DNA of 64,000 nucleotides from an uncultured Gammaproteobacteria bacterium (lineage in GTDB: Bacteria; Patescibacteriota; Microgenomatia; Levybacterales; GWA1-39-11): the NCBI GenBank assembly GCA_964406795.1, contig CAYOTA010000001.1:77081-141080 (forward strand), in the 5' to 3' direction. Positions within the stretch are counted from its first letter, which is position 1. Each line of letters opens with the position of its first letter. The position numbers and the translations under genes are program-made. This document shows, piece after piece, positions 29,730 through 39,590 of this stretch. Under the pieces are notes generated by a model. The model did no database searches. It saw only the letters and a list, made by a program, of their open reading frames with translations, and was not told the DNA's origin.

Positions 29730-31287
29730 TCCTAGTCGCTTTGATGATATTCAAATCGTAATTATCTTTACCAAATTCGCACTTCCCAAGAATCATCTGA
29801 GGAATTTTCTTAATAGTTATATTTGAAAAATAATTTTCGCTCTCTGGAGCAAACGATTTGGCGCAGATTAATAAACTTTCATTTTCGGTCATTTGTGCAT
29901 GAATAGCATCGAGCTGTTCTACTGTCACGAAGCCAGTTGTAACAAAAATATAGTCCGTTTCGGTAGATTTACCCTGCTTCCAATATGCTGCCTCGTCAGG
30001 AGAATATTTAAAACCTTCATGTTTACACATAGCTGCGGACAACATATTTGCATTATATTTCTCATCAATCACAAAGTTTCCAAAACTGTCCTTGCGCAAG
30101 AGGGAAGGAGCTAAATTATAAAACTTAAATCCACCTCCACCTTTCCAACCAAGAGCTTCTGATAATGGTAACCCATCCTTACCGTCAACCACCTTCTTCA
30201 GCCTAGGTAAGCAGTGTGTTGTCGCGTGTTCGCCCAGTTCGACCCCAATCCATTTACGACCCATTTTGTGAGCGACTGACGCGGTAGTACCTGATCCTAG
30301 GAAACTGTCGAGTACCCAGTCTCCAGGCTTTGAAGCTATATCAAATATTCTCTTTATGAGTCTTTCAGGTTTAGGTGTTGAAAAAGGATCATCAGCAAAT
30401 AACTTTTTAATCTCTTGTTTAGCCTCCTGATTGTCACCAACTTCAGTTCGAAACCAAATTGTAATAGGGACAAGACCATCCTGCACCTCCGTAAGAAAAC
30501 GCTTATAGCGAGGAACATTGTTACCATTACTGCCGAAGTATATTCGATTATCGTTAATCAACTCTTCAAATCTGATTTTAGAAAATCTCCAGCTTGTACC
30601 TGCTGGAGGCATTAAGACTCTGCCTGATGGTGTGGTCAAAGGGTAAATATCCTTAGGATTTGGTGTTTTGGCATGACAAGGCCCTGATGCCCAGACTCCT
30701 CTTGGGTCGTTATCAATATTTGTATATCCTTTAGAATCATCACCATTGCGAGGCAACAAATTTCTTTGCCAAAGTAATTTATTCTTTGCGTAACAGAGTA
30801 TAAAATCGTGATTGTCAGATAGCCATCTTGCATCATTACTTCTCGTGTGTTTCTTTTCCCAAATAATTGTAGCTACAAAATTATTTCTACCAAAAACTTC
30901 GTCGCATAATACTTTTAAATAATGAGACTCTGTATCATCTACAGAAATCCATAAACTGCCCTGATCTTTATCTAAAAGATTTTTTAATATTTCTAATCTT
31001 GGGCGTACTAAATTTAACCAAATCGAATGTTCAAGGTTGTCGTCATAGTGCGTAAATGCACTTCCAGTATTATAAGGAGGGTCAATATAAATACATTTTA
31101 TTTTGCCTGTAAAATCTTGTTCTAAAGCCTTTAACGCAAGAAGGTTGTCACCGTAAATAAGCATATTTTCGGAGTTGTGGTCGCCATAAGACTTTTCAGA
31201 ATCTTCAATCAAGATTCTCGGCTCAAGCTTGAGTTCTTCATCTTTGCCGATCCATGTTAATTCCAGTTTTTGTTTTTTATTTGTCAT
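29689..31287 (-). CDS. Type III Mod N6-adenine DNA methyltransferase
   Basis: IYIDPPYN (motif IV) preceding LDSFLGSGTT (motif I): beta-class order typical of Mod. Confidence 0.8.
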   Translation of the reverse strand: MTNKKQKLELTWIGKDEELKLEPRILIEDSEKSYGDHNSENMLIYGDNLLALKALEQDFTGKIKCIYIDPPYNTGSAFTHYDDNLEHSIWLNLVRPRLEILKNLLDKDQGSLWISVDDTESHYLKVLCDEVFGRNNFVATIIWEKKHTRSNDARWLSDNHDFILCYAKNKLLWQRNLLPRNGDDSKGYTNIDNDPRGVWASGPCHAKTPNPKDIYPLTTPSGRVLMPPAGTSWRFSKIRFEELINDNRIYFGSNGNNVPRYKRFLTEVQDGLVPITIWFRTEVGDNQEAKQEIKKLFADDPFSTPKPERLIKRIFDIASKPGDWVLDSFLGSGTTASVAHKMGRKWIGVELGEHATTHCLPRLKKVVDGKDGLPLSEALGWKGGGGFKFYNLAPSLLRKDSFGNFVIDEKYNANMLSAAMCKHEGFKYSPDEAAYWKQGKSTETDYIFVTTGFVTVEQLDAIHAQMTENESLLICAKSFAPESENYFSNITIKKIPQMILGKCEFGKDNYDLNIIKATRNEAEESKEVQDEQ

Positions 31288-31291
31288 AGTT

Positions 31292-34200
31292 TTAGATTAT
31301 CTTCCATCGAATGGTAAATAATGGCTCAAGTTTTGAGTGCTGAGCCAATCGGGCTTCAACTGATTCAAGCAACTTTTCCTTCTTTAATTCTACCTCGTCT
31401 TGGGTCTCAAACAAACGCCTTCTCATCTCATTTCGTTTCTTCTCCCAATCTTTAATTTCTCTTTGGGCTTTCAATTTTTCATCTAAATTAATGATCTTTT
31501 TAGCATTTGTTTTTGCCGTTTTAATGTCAATATCAAACTTCCTTAAATCTAGCTCTATCGCTTTCTTTACATCTTCTGCCCAATTATCTAGTTTATCTAC
31601 CTCGTGATCAAAGAAACTCCCGTTACGCTCGGCGATAACGGTGGAAACAGTCTTAACATACGTATTTTCAAGTTCATCAAGTTTGGTTTTTTTATCACTT
31701 GGAACATTCAATGGAGTAGTGGACTCTGCTGATAACTGAAATATTTTCTTGATAATTTCAGGTTCTATTACATCACCAGAGTCGGTAATTGCAGAGAGAA
31801 TAATATTATCTTCTGCTTCAAATGATTCCACGGTAAAGTTTGAGATCTTCAATACTCCACTTTTTCCTACAAACCGTTTTAGTACAGATATTATGGTTTG
31901 ATTGTCGGAATAATTAAAGACAATTTCTGTTTCTTCAGCCTGTTTTGATTTAATGTCAGACAAAATACGCTGGGCAAGGGAATGTCCTGGGCGGTAAATG
32001 TGAGCATCTTCAATATTCTTACCTATTTTATAAGGGCCAGAATCAATTTCTTCGTTTGGAAATGGGTTCTTTTTTAACATGAATGAATATTCTTGTTCAG
32101 AAAATTCAGCATTATCGCCAAGATAAAATCTTGTGGTATCCCAAAGCCAACGGTTATACATGTCAAGATACATCGTAGTTTCTTTAAGATTTAATTTAAG
32201 TTTTTCGTGTACCTCAGCGTCAAAGTTCTCCAAAAGTGTTTGTCTAGTCTCGGAAAGATTATTTTTGATACTCACATCCATTTCCTCCTGAAGTTTATCG
32301 AACGCAGTATTAATCTCGTCTGTGGTACGACAATCTTGATAGATTGCTGCAATACGCTTTTCAAAGTCCACTCCAGACTCGATATTACCCAAAACTTCGT
32401 CACTAGCTCCGAAAACACCTTTAAACAATTTGAACTTTTGATCTAAAAGGTCATATACGCGACTATCAGCTGCGTTTTTTCGATTCACAAAATTAATTAC
32501 AACCACATCATGCTTCTGTCCGTATCGATGACATCTGCCAATGCGCTGTTCGATACGCTGTGGATTCCACGGCAAATCGTAGTTAATAACTAAGGAACAA
32601 AACTGTAAGTTAACACCCTCCGCTGCTGCCTCGGTGGCGATCATAATATCTGCTTCATCATGGAAGTAGTCGATAAGGGCAGAACGCATGTCCGCAGTTT
32701 TTGACCCAGTAAGTTTATCGGAGTCTTTATTTTTTTCAACCCAATTTTTATAAATTTCTTTTGATTTAGGATCGTTGTTCGAACCGTTAAAGAGGACGAT
32801 TTTATCCTGATAGCCATTATCCGGCAAAAGAGTCTCTGATAAATATTTTTGTGTAATCGTGGATTCAGTAAAAATAATCGCTTTTTGTTTTGCGCCAAGC
32901 TCTTTCGTCATCTCAAAACCTTTTTTAAGTGCTATCAGAAGCGCGTCCCCTTTAGAGTTAGTGAAAATAGCTTTTGCGAGATCTCTAAATCTTTCCAAAT
33001 CGATCTTTTCCTGTTCCATTAGTGGAATATCGTCCTGGGTGTATACCTTAGGTTTTTTACCTTTTTCTGTATCACCATCGTCACCTTCTTCATCATCAAT
33101 CCATTCATCAGATATTTCATCCAATCCCTCAAAATTTTGGGCAATCTCGGTTGTATCAAACTCAACAGGTACAGTTGCCAATGTCTTCTTCGTTTCATCA
33201 ATCAGTAATCCTAGTTTTGCTACGAGATTATTAAGGGTACTTGCTATGGCAAAGGAAGACGAAGCAAGTAACTTTCTTAAAATAAGTGTCATGAGCTGTC
33301 GCTGGCTCGAAGGAAGGGCAAACAATGTCGGCCGTTGTAAATATTCAGACATACTGTCATACAGCTCAATCTCTTGTTTCGTAGGGATGTAGTCCTGAGT
33401 AATTGGTTTACGTTCAGTGTATTTAATATATTCCAATACCTGACGTCTTAATGTCCGAATACAGACCGACTTTAGACGACTTCGTAAATCAGTAAAAAGA
33501 AGTTGTTTTGGATCGACCATTTGCTCATCTTCTGCCAGTCCATTTTCTCTTATAACAATACCTTTACCCGTGTCACCCTCTTTTGCCCACTGGATACCAC
33601 TTATATGTGTAGGAATTTCCTGCTCTCTAGGTGCATGCGAGTAATTTGCTTTGAAACTTTTTAAATCACCAAATACGTGATCATCGATAATGCTTACGAG
33701 ACCATATAGTTCAAGTAATGAATTTTGTAACGGTGTTGCTGTGAGCAGAATCTTGGGCACATCAGACAAAGAGCTTTTTATTTCTCGAGCTATCTTGTTA
33801 CTTGTCTTGTAAACATTACGTAGTCGATGCGCTTCATCGATTACTGCTAAATCCCATTTAGTTTGTTTTACGTATGGAGCTTTTCCTCTAGCAAAATGAT
33901 ATGAGCAAATAATTATCTTATCTTCCTGATCAAAAGGGTTGAGATTTCCGTCTTTAATAGATTGATTAAATGATTTGGCTTCCAATATCACCGAGGGCAA
34001 AAAGAACTTTTCTTGTAATTCCATGTTCCATTGCTTGCGAAGCGCAGCGGGAACAATCAAGAGAATCTTTCTTTTTCGCTCTGCCCATTTTTGAGATAAA
34101 ACAAGACCAGCCTCGATTGTCTTTCCTAGTCCAACTTCATCGGCCAAGATTGCACCCATCGATAAAGGGGATTTAAATGCAAATAATGCGGCTTCAATTT

Positions 34201-34327
34201 GGTGTGGATTAAGGTCAACCTGCGCATTAGAAAGAGTGGAAGATAATTTTTCAAGGCTATCTGAAGAACATCGCTTAGTTAACTCGTAAGCAAAGTATTT
34301 TGCATGATATGGCGTAATTTTTAACAT
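31292..34327 (-). CDS. SNF2-family helicase (1011 aa) co-operonic with Type III mod-res
   Basis: ADEVGLGKT, DEAHRLRN, HelicC block NYDLPWNPQRIEQRIGRCHRYGQ; 5-nt gap to mod. Confidence 0.85.
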   Translation of the reverse strand: MLKITPYHAKYFAYELTKRCSSDSLEKLSSTLSNAQVDLNPHQIEAALFAFKSPLSMGAILADEVGLGKTIEAGLVLSQKWAERKRKILLIVPAALRKQWNMELQEKFFLPSVILEAKSFNQSIKDGNLNPFDQEDKIIICSYHFARGKAPYVKQTKWDLAVIDEAHRLRNVYKTSNKIAREIKSSLSDVPKILLTATPLQNSLLELYGLVSIIDDHVFGDLKSFKANYSHAPREQEIPTHISGIQWAKEGDTGKGIVIRENGLAEDEQMVDPKQLLFTDLRSRLKSVCIRTLRRQVLEYIKYTERKPITQDYIPTKQEIELYDSMSEYLQRPTLFALPSSQRQLMTLILRKLLASSSFAIASTLNNLVAKLGLLIDETKKTLATVPVEFDTTEIAQNFEGLDEISDEWIDDEEGDDGDTEKGKKPKVYTQDDIPLMEQEKIDLERFRDLAKAIFTNSKGDALLIALKKGFEMTKELGAKQKAIIFTESTITQKYLSETLLPDNGYQDKIVLFNGSNNDPKSKEIYKNWVEKNKDSDKLTGSKTADMRSALIDYFHDEADIMIATEAAAEGVNLQFCSLVINYDLPWNPQRIEQRIGRCHRYGQKHDVVVINFVNRKNAADSRVYDLLDQKFKLFKGVFGASDEVLGNIESGVDFEKRIAAIYQDCRTTDEINTAFDKLQEEMDVSIKNNLSETRQTLLENFDAEVHEKLKLNLKETTMYLDMYNRWLWDTTRFYLGDNAEFSEQEYSFMLKKNPFPNEEIDSGPYKIGKNIEDAHIYRPGHSLAQRILSDIKSKQAEETEIVFNYSDNQTIISVLKRFVGKSGVLKISNFTVESFEAEDNIILSAITDSGDVIEPEIIKKIFQLSAESTTPLNVPSDKKTKLDELENTYVKTVSTVIAERNGSFFDHEVDKLDNWAEDVKKAIELDLRKFDIDIKTAKTNAKKIINLDEKLKAQREIKDWEKKRNEMRRRLFETQDEVELKKEKLLESVEARLAQHSKLEPLFTIRWKII

Positions 34328-34328
34328 A

Positions 34329-34499
34329 TTAATTCTTTTTACTTATGAATTTTTCTAAATCGGCTTTTCTATATCGCCTAGTTCGTTTTTCTCCAATTCG
34401 AATAGCTATGAGAATGCCCTTTTTGTCCCATATACGCAAAGTATTTACATGAACCTTTAAGATTTGTGCCGCTTCTTTGAGAGTTAATAGTTCTTCCAT
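34329..34499 (-). CDS. Small excisionase-family (AlpA/MerR-like) HTH protein, 56 aa. Not in the ORF track (below the size cut-off).
   Basis: Manual translation MEELLTLKEAAQILKVHVNTLRIWDKKGILIAIRIGEKRTRRYRKADLEKFISKKN; paralog of 39591..39773; stop 2 nt before the SNF2 start. Confidence 0.55.
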   Translation of the reverse strand: MEELLTLKEAAQILKVHVNTLRIWDKKGILIAIRIGEKRTRRYRKADLEKFISKKN

Positions 34500-34618
34500 A
34501 TTGATTTACCTACCAATTGATAACAATATTATATAGAGTTAGCTAGGCTTTTTCAACCATTTTTATACGAAAAAACACCTCAAAAAGGCCGAAGTCTATG
34601 TAGTATAGGAGGAATTCC

Positions 34619-34831
34619 TTAAACGAAGTCACTCATGGAAGATTTGAGGGCTTTTGCTACTTTTTGGAGTACTTCAAGAGAAGGAGCATGTCTACCTTGT
34701 TCAATATATCCCATATAGGCTCGACTGATGCCTGCTCTTTCAGCTGCTTCCTCCTGGGTAATCCCAATTTGTTTCCTTCGCTTCTGGATTTTCTTCCCTA
34801 TCGCTTTTGGAAGCGTTGCGTTTTTCCTCAT
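34619..34831 (-). CDS. XRE-family HTH transcriptional regulator
   Basis: IGITQEEAAERAGISRAYMGYIEQGRHAPSLEVLQKVAKAL. Confidence 0.75.
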   Translation of the reverse strand: MRKNATLPKAIGKKIQKRRKQIGITQEEAAERAGISRAYMGYIEQGRHAPSLEVLQKVAKALKSSMSDFV

Positions 34832-34947
34832 GTATATATTGTCTAAAACACTCGATCATTACTCCACTTAGCTACACTAAGAGTTTAGCCTTGAATACGG
34901 GGGTTTTTTATGCTAAGGTTGACTAAGCAACTAACTTATGACAGGAG

Positions 34948-35358
34948 GTGAACAAAATGGGATTATTTGGAAATAAACAACAAACTGGAGAAAAACCGTT
35001 GTATGAAACAAGTTATGCCGGGTTTTGGATTAAAGTTTTTCCTAATAGGATTGAGTTTAAAGCCGGAGTTGGTTCACAAAGTATTCCAATAAACCAGATA
35101 GCGAGTGTTCAACTACCTATGATGGGCATATGGAAAATCACTTTAGAAACAACTGGAGGAAAGAAGTACGCCGTACCAACTTCCAAAAAGAAAGAAGTTC
35201 AAAAGGCTATTTATGAGGCACAATCACAATTTTCTGGGAACGGAAGAGCTACTGAAGATGTGACTGGCGAAATTGTAAAGCTAAACGATTTAAAGGAAAA
35301 GGGAATTTTATCTCAAGAAGAATTTGATAAAAAGAAAAAACAACTTCTTGGAATTTAA
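34948..35358 (+). CDS. Bacterial PH-like domain + C-terminal SHOCT domain protein
   Basis: C-terminal IVKLNDLKEKGILSQEEFDKKKKQLL SHOCT motif. Confidence 0.5.
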   Translation: MNKMGLFGNKQQTGEKPLYETSYAGFWIKVFPNRIEFKAGVGSQSIPINQIASVQLPMMGIWKITLETTGGKKYAVPTSKKKEVQKAIYEAQSQFSGNGRATEDVTGEIVKLNDLKEKGILSQEEFDKKKKQLLGI

Positions 35359-35359
35359 T

Positions 35360-36907
35360 TTAAAACTTCATATCCAGTGTGATTGGTTCAATATCAAATC
35401 CTAAATCATTCATGTGTTGCAAAGACCAAGTTAATCCAGGGTGAGGATCAGGTTCTGGTGTAGATACTTCGCCCGGTTTACGCCTGCTTGATGGACGATC
35501 TGAATCTATGACTTTTGACATAAGTAATGTAAAAGCATCAGCCAAATCATCATATTTTTCCACACCAAAATTTACTAATTGACCTATTAATACTTCTGCA
35601 CCTGTTCTTGGAAAGAATACTTTCCCTTGTTGGATAAGGGGAGAAACCAAGGATAGTCTTGACCTTTTATCCATATTTGGAATTCTCACTTCTTCAGCAA
35701 GTACGTGTTCTACTGTCAGTTGTTGCGCTGCGGCACTTTGGTAACCGACACTTTCTATGTAGGCCACAGGATACGGTCTATAACCTACTTTAAGTTGCTC
35801 CGTTAAGGTTTTTATTGCCTGAATTGTTTGTGGAAAATCTAATTTCTTGTTTAAGATATATGGCAAAATGTAGACTTGAAGATTGTCGCCGTAACCCACT
35901 ACATACGCTGGAACTAAGGCCGTGAAGTTTGCCCATTCCAAAAGTGAAATAGCTAAGTCAACGCCAATCGCTACAAGCCTGGCTGGATAACGATCAGTAC
36001 TAGGAAGAATATCGTAATATTTTATCCAAGAGCCTTTTACAATTCGGTCTTCGTCAGCAATAATTTTTAACAAGAACTCCCTGTACCAAGCTGATTCATC
36101 AGAAATCTCTTTCCTTTTAGCTTCAATGTGTGCCATCGTTGGAAATTTGCCAGGCCAAGCAATATTTCCGTTATCGTCTAACAATGGAAATTCTTTATAA
36201 ATACCGCCTGCCCCTCCTGATTGGATATTTTGCTTAATTCGCATCATCAGCGAATCCTCATGCAAGAGGTTACCTACTGTAATTATTCTGGTGCCACTAT
36301 CTCCAATTGGCTTTATCTCACCAGAAAACCAGTTCCAGAGATTATCTCTGCTTTCTCTGGTCTTAACTGATTCCAGATCTTCAACATCGTCGATGATAAT
36401 AAGATCAGGTCGGTATTGTCGATGTCTGAGTCCTCTGATTCTTTCACTTTGAGATATGGCTGAAATTCTGGCGTCGTGGTGCGGGATTACGAGTGAATTG
36501 GATCGCCATTCGTCAGCTACTTCTGAAAATGGTCCAAAATCTCGTATCAATAACTCATTTGATGTAAGTTCTTGTTTTATGTTTGTAAGGATTTGTTTTG
36601 CCAATCCCTGGGTCAGGCTCACGAGCAGGGTATATTTCTTGCTTGGCTTACCAACCATTGCCCAGATAGGTAGTGCAAGAGTTGCTATTGTTGATTTAGC
36701 CGAACCACGAAAAGCAGTAATGGAAATCTTTTCTAATTCTTCGTTTTGTATGAGATTAAAAATTTCCTTTTGAAAATCAGCAGTCGGACAAGTAATGTAG
36801 TGAGGAAAATAAGTGACAAAAAACCAATAAAAGTTCTCCTGCGTTAATGCTCTTCGAAAATCAGGATTATCCTGAATTTGTTTTATGATTTGTTGTTGAT
36901 CATTCAT
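35360..36907 (-). CDS. Phage terminase large subunit-like protein (ATPase + nuclease)
   Basis: Walker A-like AFRGSAKST, Walker B LIIIDDVED, nuclease motif IGVDLA; 515 aa. Confidence 0.65.
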   Translation of the reverse strand: MNDQQQIIKQIQDNPDFRRALTQENFYWFFVTYFPHYITCPTADFQKEIFNLIQNEELEKISITAFRGSAKSTIATLALPIWAMVGKPSKKYTLLVSLTQGLAKQILTNIKQELTSNELLIRDFGPFSEVADEWRSNSLVIPHHDARISAISQSERIRGLRHRQYRPDLIIIDDVEDLESVKTRESRDNLWNWFSGEIKPIGDSGTRIITVGNLLHEDSLMMRIKQNIQSGGAGGIYKEFPLLDDNGNIAWPGKFPTMAHIEAKRKEISDESAWYREFLLKIIADEDRIVKGSWIKYYDILPSTDRYPARLVAIGVDLAISLLEWANFTALVPAYVVGYGDNLQVYILPYILNKKLDFPQTIQAIKTLTEQLKVGYRPYPVAYIESVGYQSAAAQQLTVEHVLAEEVRIPNMDKRSRLSLVSPLIQQGKVFFPRTGAEVLIGQLVNFGVEKYDDLADAFTLLMSKVIDSDRPSSRRKPGEVSTPEPDPHPGLTWSLQHMNDLGFDIEPITLDMKF

Positions 36908-37334
36908 GACTATTTTCTTTGGACGGAATAAGTGCCGCCATTTCTATTGCTTTATTGAGTAATTCTTTCTGTTCATCTGTCAGGTTAATTTCTTTGTTAT
37001 AGCCAGCGGTAGTCACCTCAACTCTGTTGCGATAGGAATCATGATGTGTCTTAAGCCAGAAAATTATCGAGGTCATGTTTTTATCCTTAATGGCACTAAT
37101 TAGCTGGCTCTCGGCTAGATCATTCACAAGCAAGTTGCCTTCTTGCAAGGCTTCATCTGCCTGTTTTGAAAACTCTTTATCTTCAGCTCTCCATCGATAA
37201 TATGTCGAACGTCCTACATTGGTTTTCTCACAGGCCACCTGAACTATGGGAGTTTTCTTTAGTTGCTCTACCAGTAGATCTTGTTCAACTTTTATACGAT
37301 CTCTAACTGTAATTTGATTATCTTTGTTGTTCAT
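36900..37334 (-). CDS. Phage terminase small subunit-like HTH protein
   Basis: HTH ACEKTNVGRSTYYRWR; ...IIFWLKTHHDSYR typical of TerS; overlaps terL by 8 nt. Confidence 0.5.
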   Translation of the reverse strand: MNNKDNQITVRDRIKVEQDLLVEQLKKTPIVQVACEKTNVGRSTYYRWRAEDKEFSKQADEALQEGNLLVNDLAESQLISAIKDKNMTSIIFWLKTHHDSYRNRVEVTTAGYNKEINLTDEQKELLNKAIEMAALIPSKENSHE

Positions 37335-38074
37335 AGTTTTTTAGCATTTTTACCTGTAACTTTTTCAAAACGATCCATGACGACCTGACAGTATTCTGGA
37401 TCAAGCTCGATTCCCAAACATCTACGCCTAGTTTGCTCACAGGCTATTAACGTAGATCCCGAACCTAGAAAAGGGTCATATACCCAGTCGCCGATTTTTG
37501 AACTATTTAGAATAAGATTGCGAAGTAACCCGACTGGCTTCATCGTTGGGTGCAACGGACTCTTATTTGGTTTAGGGTAAAACAAAACGCTTTTATCCTG
37601 GGATTTCTGAAACCTATGAGTGCCGAACCACCCATAGGCTATGAGCTCATGCATGGGGAGATAGTTAAGTCTTCCGAGTACCGCATGGTTTTTGATCCAG
37701 ATAAGAAGTTGGGCAAACTTGAATCCCTGTTCAAGCAGTCCTTCTCGCATAGAAAAGAGCATTTTGTCGGAATTAAACAAATAATAGCTATTTTTTTCAG
37801 CAAGATGTAGTTTAACTAATTTCAACCATCCACTTGTAAATTCTTTATATTCCTCATCAGTTTGCAAATGGTCATTTAGGATAGTTTTCCTTTTCCCAAC
37901 TTGGTTAAATCCAATTTTGTTTTCAATAAGCGCCACAGCGTACGGCATATCGGTGAGGATCAAAGAAACCTTCCGATCACTAAGAATCTTTTTAACAATT
38001 TCTGGATCCAATGCATCGCCACAAGCGAGATAGTGTGAACCTAGTTCAAAGATGTCATTCTTTTGGATTAACAT
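37331..38074 (-). CDS. DNA N6/N4 methyltransferase
   Basis: ILTDMPY (motif IV), VYDPFLGSGSTLIACE (motif I). Confidence 0.75.
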   Translation of the reverse strand: MLIQKNDIFELGSHYLACGDALDPEIVKKILSDRKVSLILTDMPYAVALIENKIGFNQVGKRKTILNDHLQTDEEYKEFTSGWLKLVKLHLAEKNSYYLFNSDKMLFSMREGLLEQGFKFAQLLIWIKNHAVLGRLNYLPMHELIAYGWFGTHRFQKSQDKSVLFYPKPNKSPLHPTMKPVGLLRNLILNSSKIGDWVYDPFLGSGSTLIACEQTRRRCLGIELDPEYCQVVMDRFEKVTGKNAKKL

Positions 38075-39338
38075 ATTTTGCCTCCTTTCCAGTCAATTGT
38101 TGATACCGAGCGACAATAACATCACAAAAGATCGGATCAATTTCGCAGAGGAACACCCTGCGTTTCAACTGCTCGGCGGCTACAAGTTGACTTCCTGAAC
38201 CTCCAAAGAGGTCAAGAATAATATCTCCTGGCTTGGTACAACGACGGAATGCTTTCTCATATAAAGTAGGGGGCTTTTGTGTAGGATGTTCGTAGTCCTG
38301 TCCATTTACACGCTTCACGAGCCAGATATTAAATAAGTCCATGATGTCATCGGGAAGTCGATTACCTGTTCCAATCTCTTTATTGAGGACTTCGCTGATA
38401 TTGTGAACAGAAGCTGATAGGTAAGGACTGCCGATAGTTCCGTAGACGCAAGGCTCGAAAACCTTATTAAATGCAATTTGGGGAGTCATGTTGGAATTAT
38501 TCTTGATCCAAAGACAAACTCGTTTGTTATTAATTCCTAATTCTGAATACAAACTTTGTAGCATCCCAATGTATGTTTCATCACACCAACAAAAGATGTG
38601 ACAATCGGGGTAAATAAATTGCAAGCCGTTTTGAAGAACAGTTTTTAGAAATTCTCGGTACTCACTGTCAGATTTTTTGTCAGTAGCTCTGCCTCCATAT
38701 TTTCCTTTTGTGCTCACGCCCTTGTTGTAACTAAGTCCGATGTTATAAATCGGATCATAATTAAGCATATGGATTTTATGGTCATCAACTAACTCCTTAA
38801 CCACTTCAGAACTGGTACTATCCCCGCAATACAATCTGTGTTGCCCTAGCAAAATTAGATCACCCAGTTTTGTTCTTGGATTTCTTATCTTTGTCGCCTC
38901 TACCTCAGCATCAAAATCATCATCTTCAACACCAAGCGCATCGTCAAAAATATGGGTGAAATCAAGATCGTCAAAACCAGATTCCAAAAGCAGTTCCATG
39001 TCAAAGCTTTTTAAAAGTTCGTAATCCCAATCGCCAGATACGCGATTCAAAGTCAAATTCAATTTCTTCTCTCTTTCTACATCTTCGATGTCGATAAAAT
39101 TTACAGGAACCGTTTCGTATCCTAAGTCCTTGGCAATTTTTAATCTTAGATGACCTGCGATTACGGTTCCGTAGCGAGATTTATTGCTATTAACTAGGAT
39201 TGGAATAACAAACCCGTTTTCCTTAATACTTTTCGTCGCATCATGTATAGTCTTTTCATACCAAACACGAGGATTGTAACCAGCAGGGTTTAAATCGTTG
39301 ATAGGAACTTCAACTGTTTGAAGAGATATTTGTTTCAT
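38055..39338 (-). CDS. ParB-like nuclease domain fused to a DNA methyltransferase (phage-type)
   Basis: N-terminal ParB/Srx fold (VPINDLNPAGYNPR...IAGHLRL); C-terminal ILDLFGGSGSQLVAAE motif I. Confidence 0.75.
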   Translation of the reverse strand: MKQISLQTVEVPINDLNPAGYNPRVWYEKTIHDATKSIKENGFVIPILVNSNKSRYGTVIAGHLRLKIAKDLGYETVPVNFIDIEDVEREKKLNLTLNRVSGDWDYELLKSFDMELLLESGFDDLDFTHIFDDALGVEDDDFDAEVEATKIRNPRTKLGDLILLGQHRLYCGDSTSSEVVKELVDDHKIHMLNYDPIYNIGLSYNKGVSTKGKYGGRATDKKSDSEYREFLKTVLQNGLQFIYPDCHIFCWCDETYIGMLQSLYSELGINNKRVCLWIKNNSNMTPQIAFNKVFEPCVYGTIGSPYLSASVHNISEVLNKEIGTGNRLPDDIMDLFNIWLVKRVNGQDYEHPTQKPPTLYEKAFRRCTKPGDIILDLFGGSGSQLVAAEQLKRRVFLCEIDPIFCDVIVARYQQLTGKEAKYVNPKE

Positions 39339-39532
39339 ACTGTCAATTTACCACGCGTTTTTTTGAAGACCCGGGTGACACGGAGGGCAAGGTGAAACCC
39401 TGGGTTGTATAGAGAATTGGTTGATATGTTGGGATAAATCGATTTTAGATTTTAAAAAATGATTAACAAAAATACCCCTTGACAAGGTTTTCGATAAAAA
39501 TCTTTCCCCTTAATTTATTGACCTTAAGTAGA

Positions 39533-39561
39533 TTGCTATTTAGTCGATATTTTTGTATGAT
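39533..39561 (+). promoter_or_regulatory. Candidate sigma70-type promoter for the HTH/giant NTPase operon
   Basis: TTGCTA -35, 17-nt spacer, TATGAT -10, about 30 nt upstream of the ATG at 39591. Confidence 0.3.
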
Positions 39562-39590
39562 ATTGTTAACAAATGGTAAGTTAGGAAGAC

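Noticed and set aside
27051-34327. Calling the SNF2 + MTase + helicase-nuclease trio a DISARM system
   Set aside because: No DUF1998 (DrmB) or PLD (DrmC) gene is present. The third gene has the Type III Res architecture (helicase + C-terminal PD-(D/E)XK) and the MTase is Mod-like.
35360-39338. Intact prophage
   Set aside because: Only DNA-modification and packaging genes are present. No portal, capsid, tail or lysis genes occur in the window.
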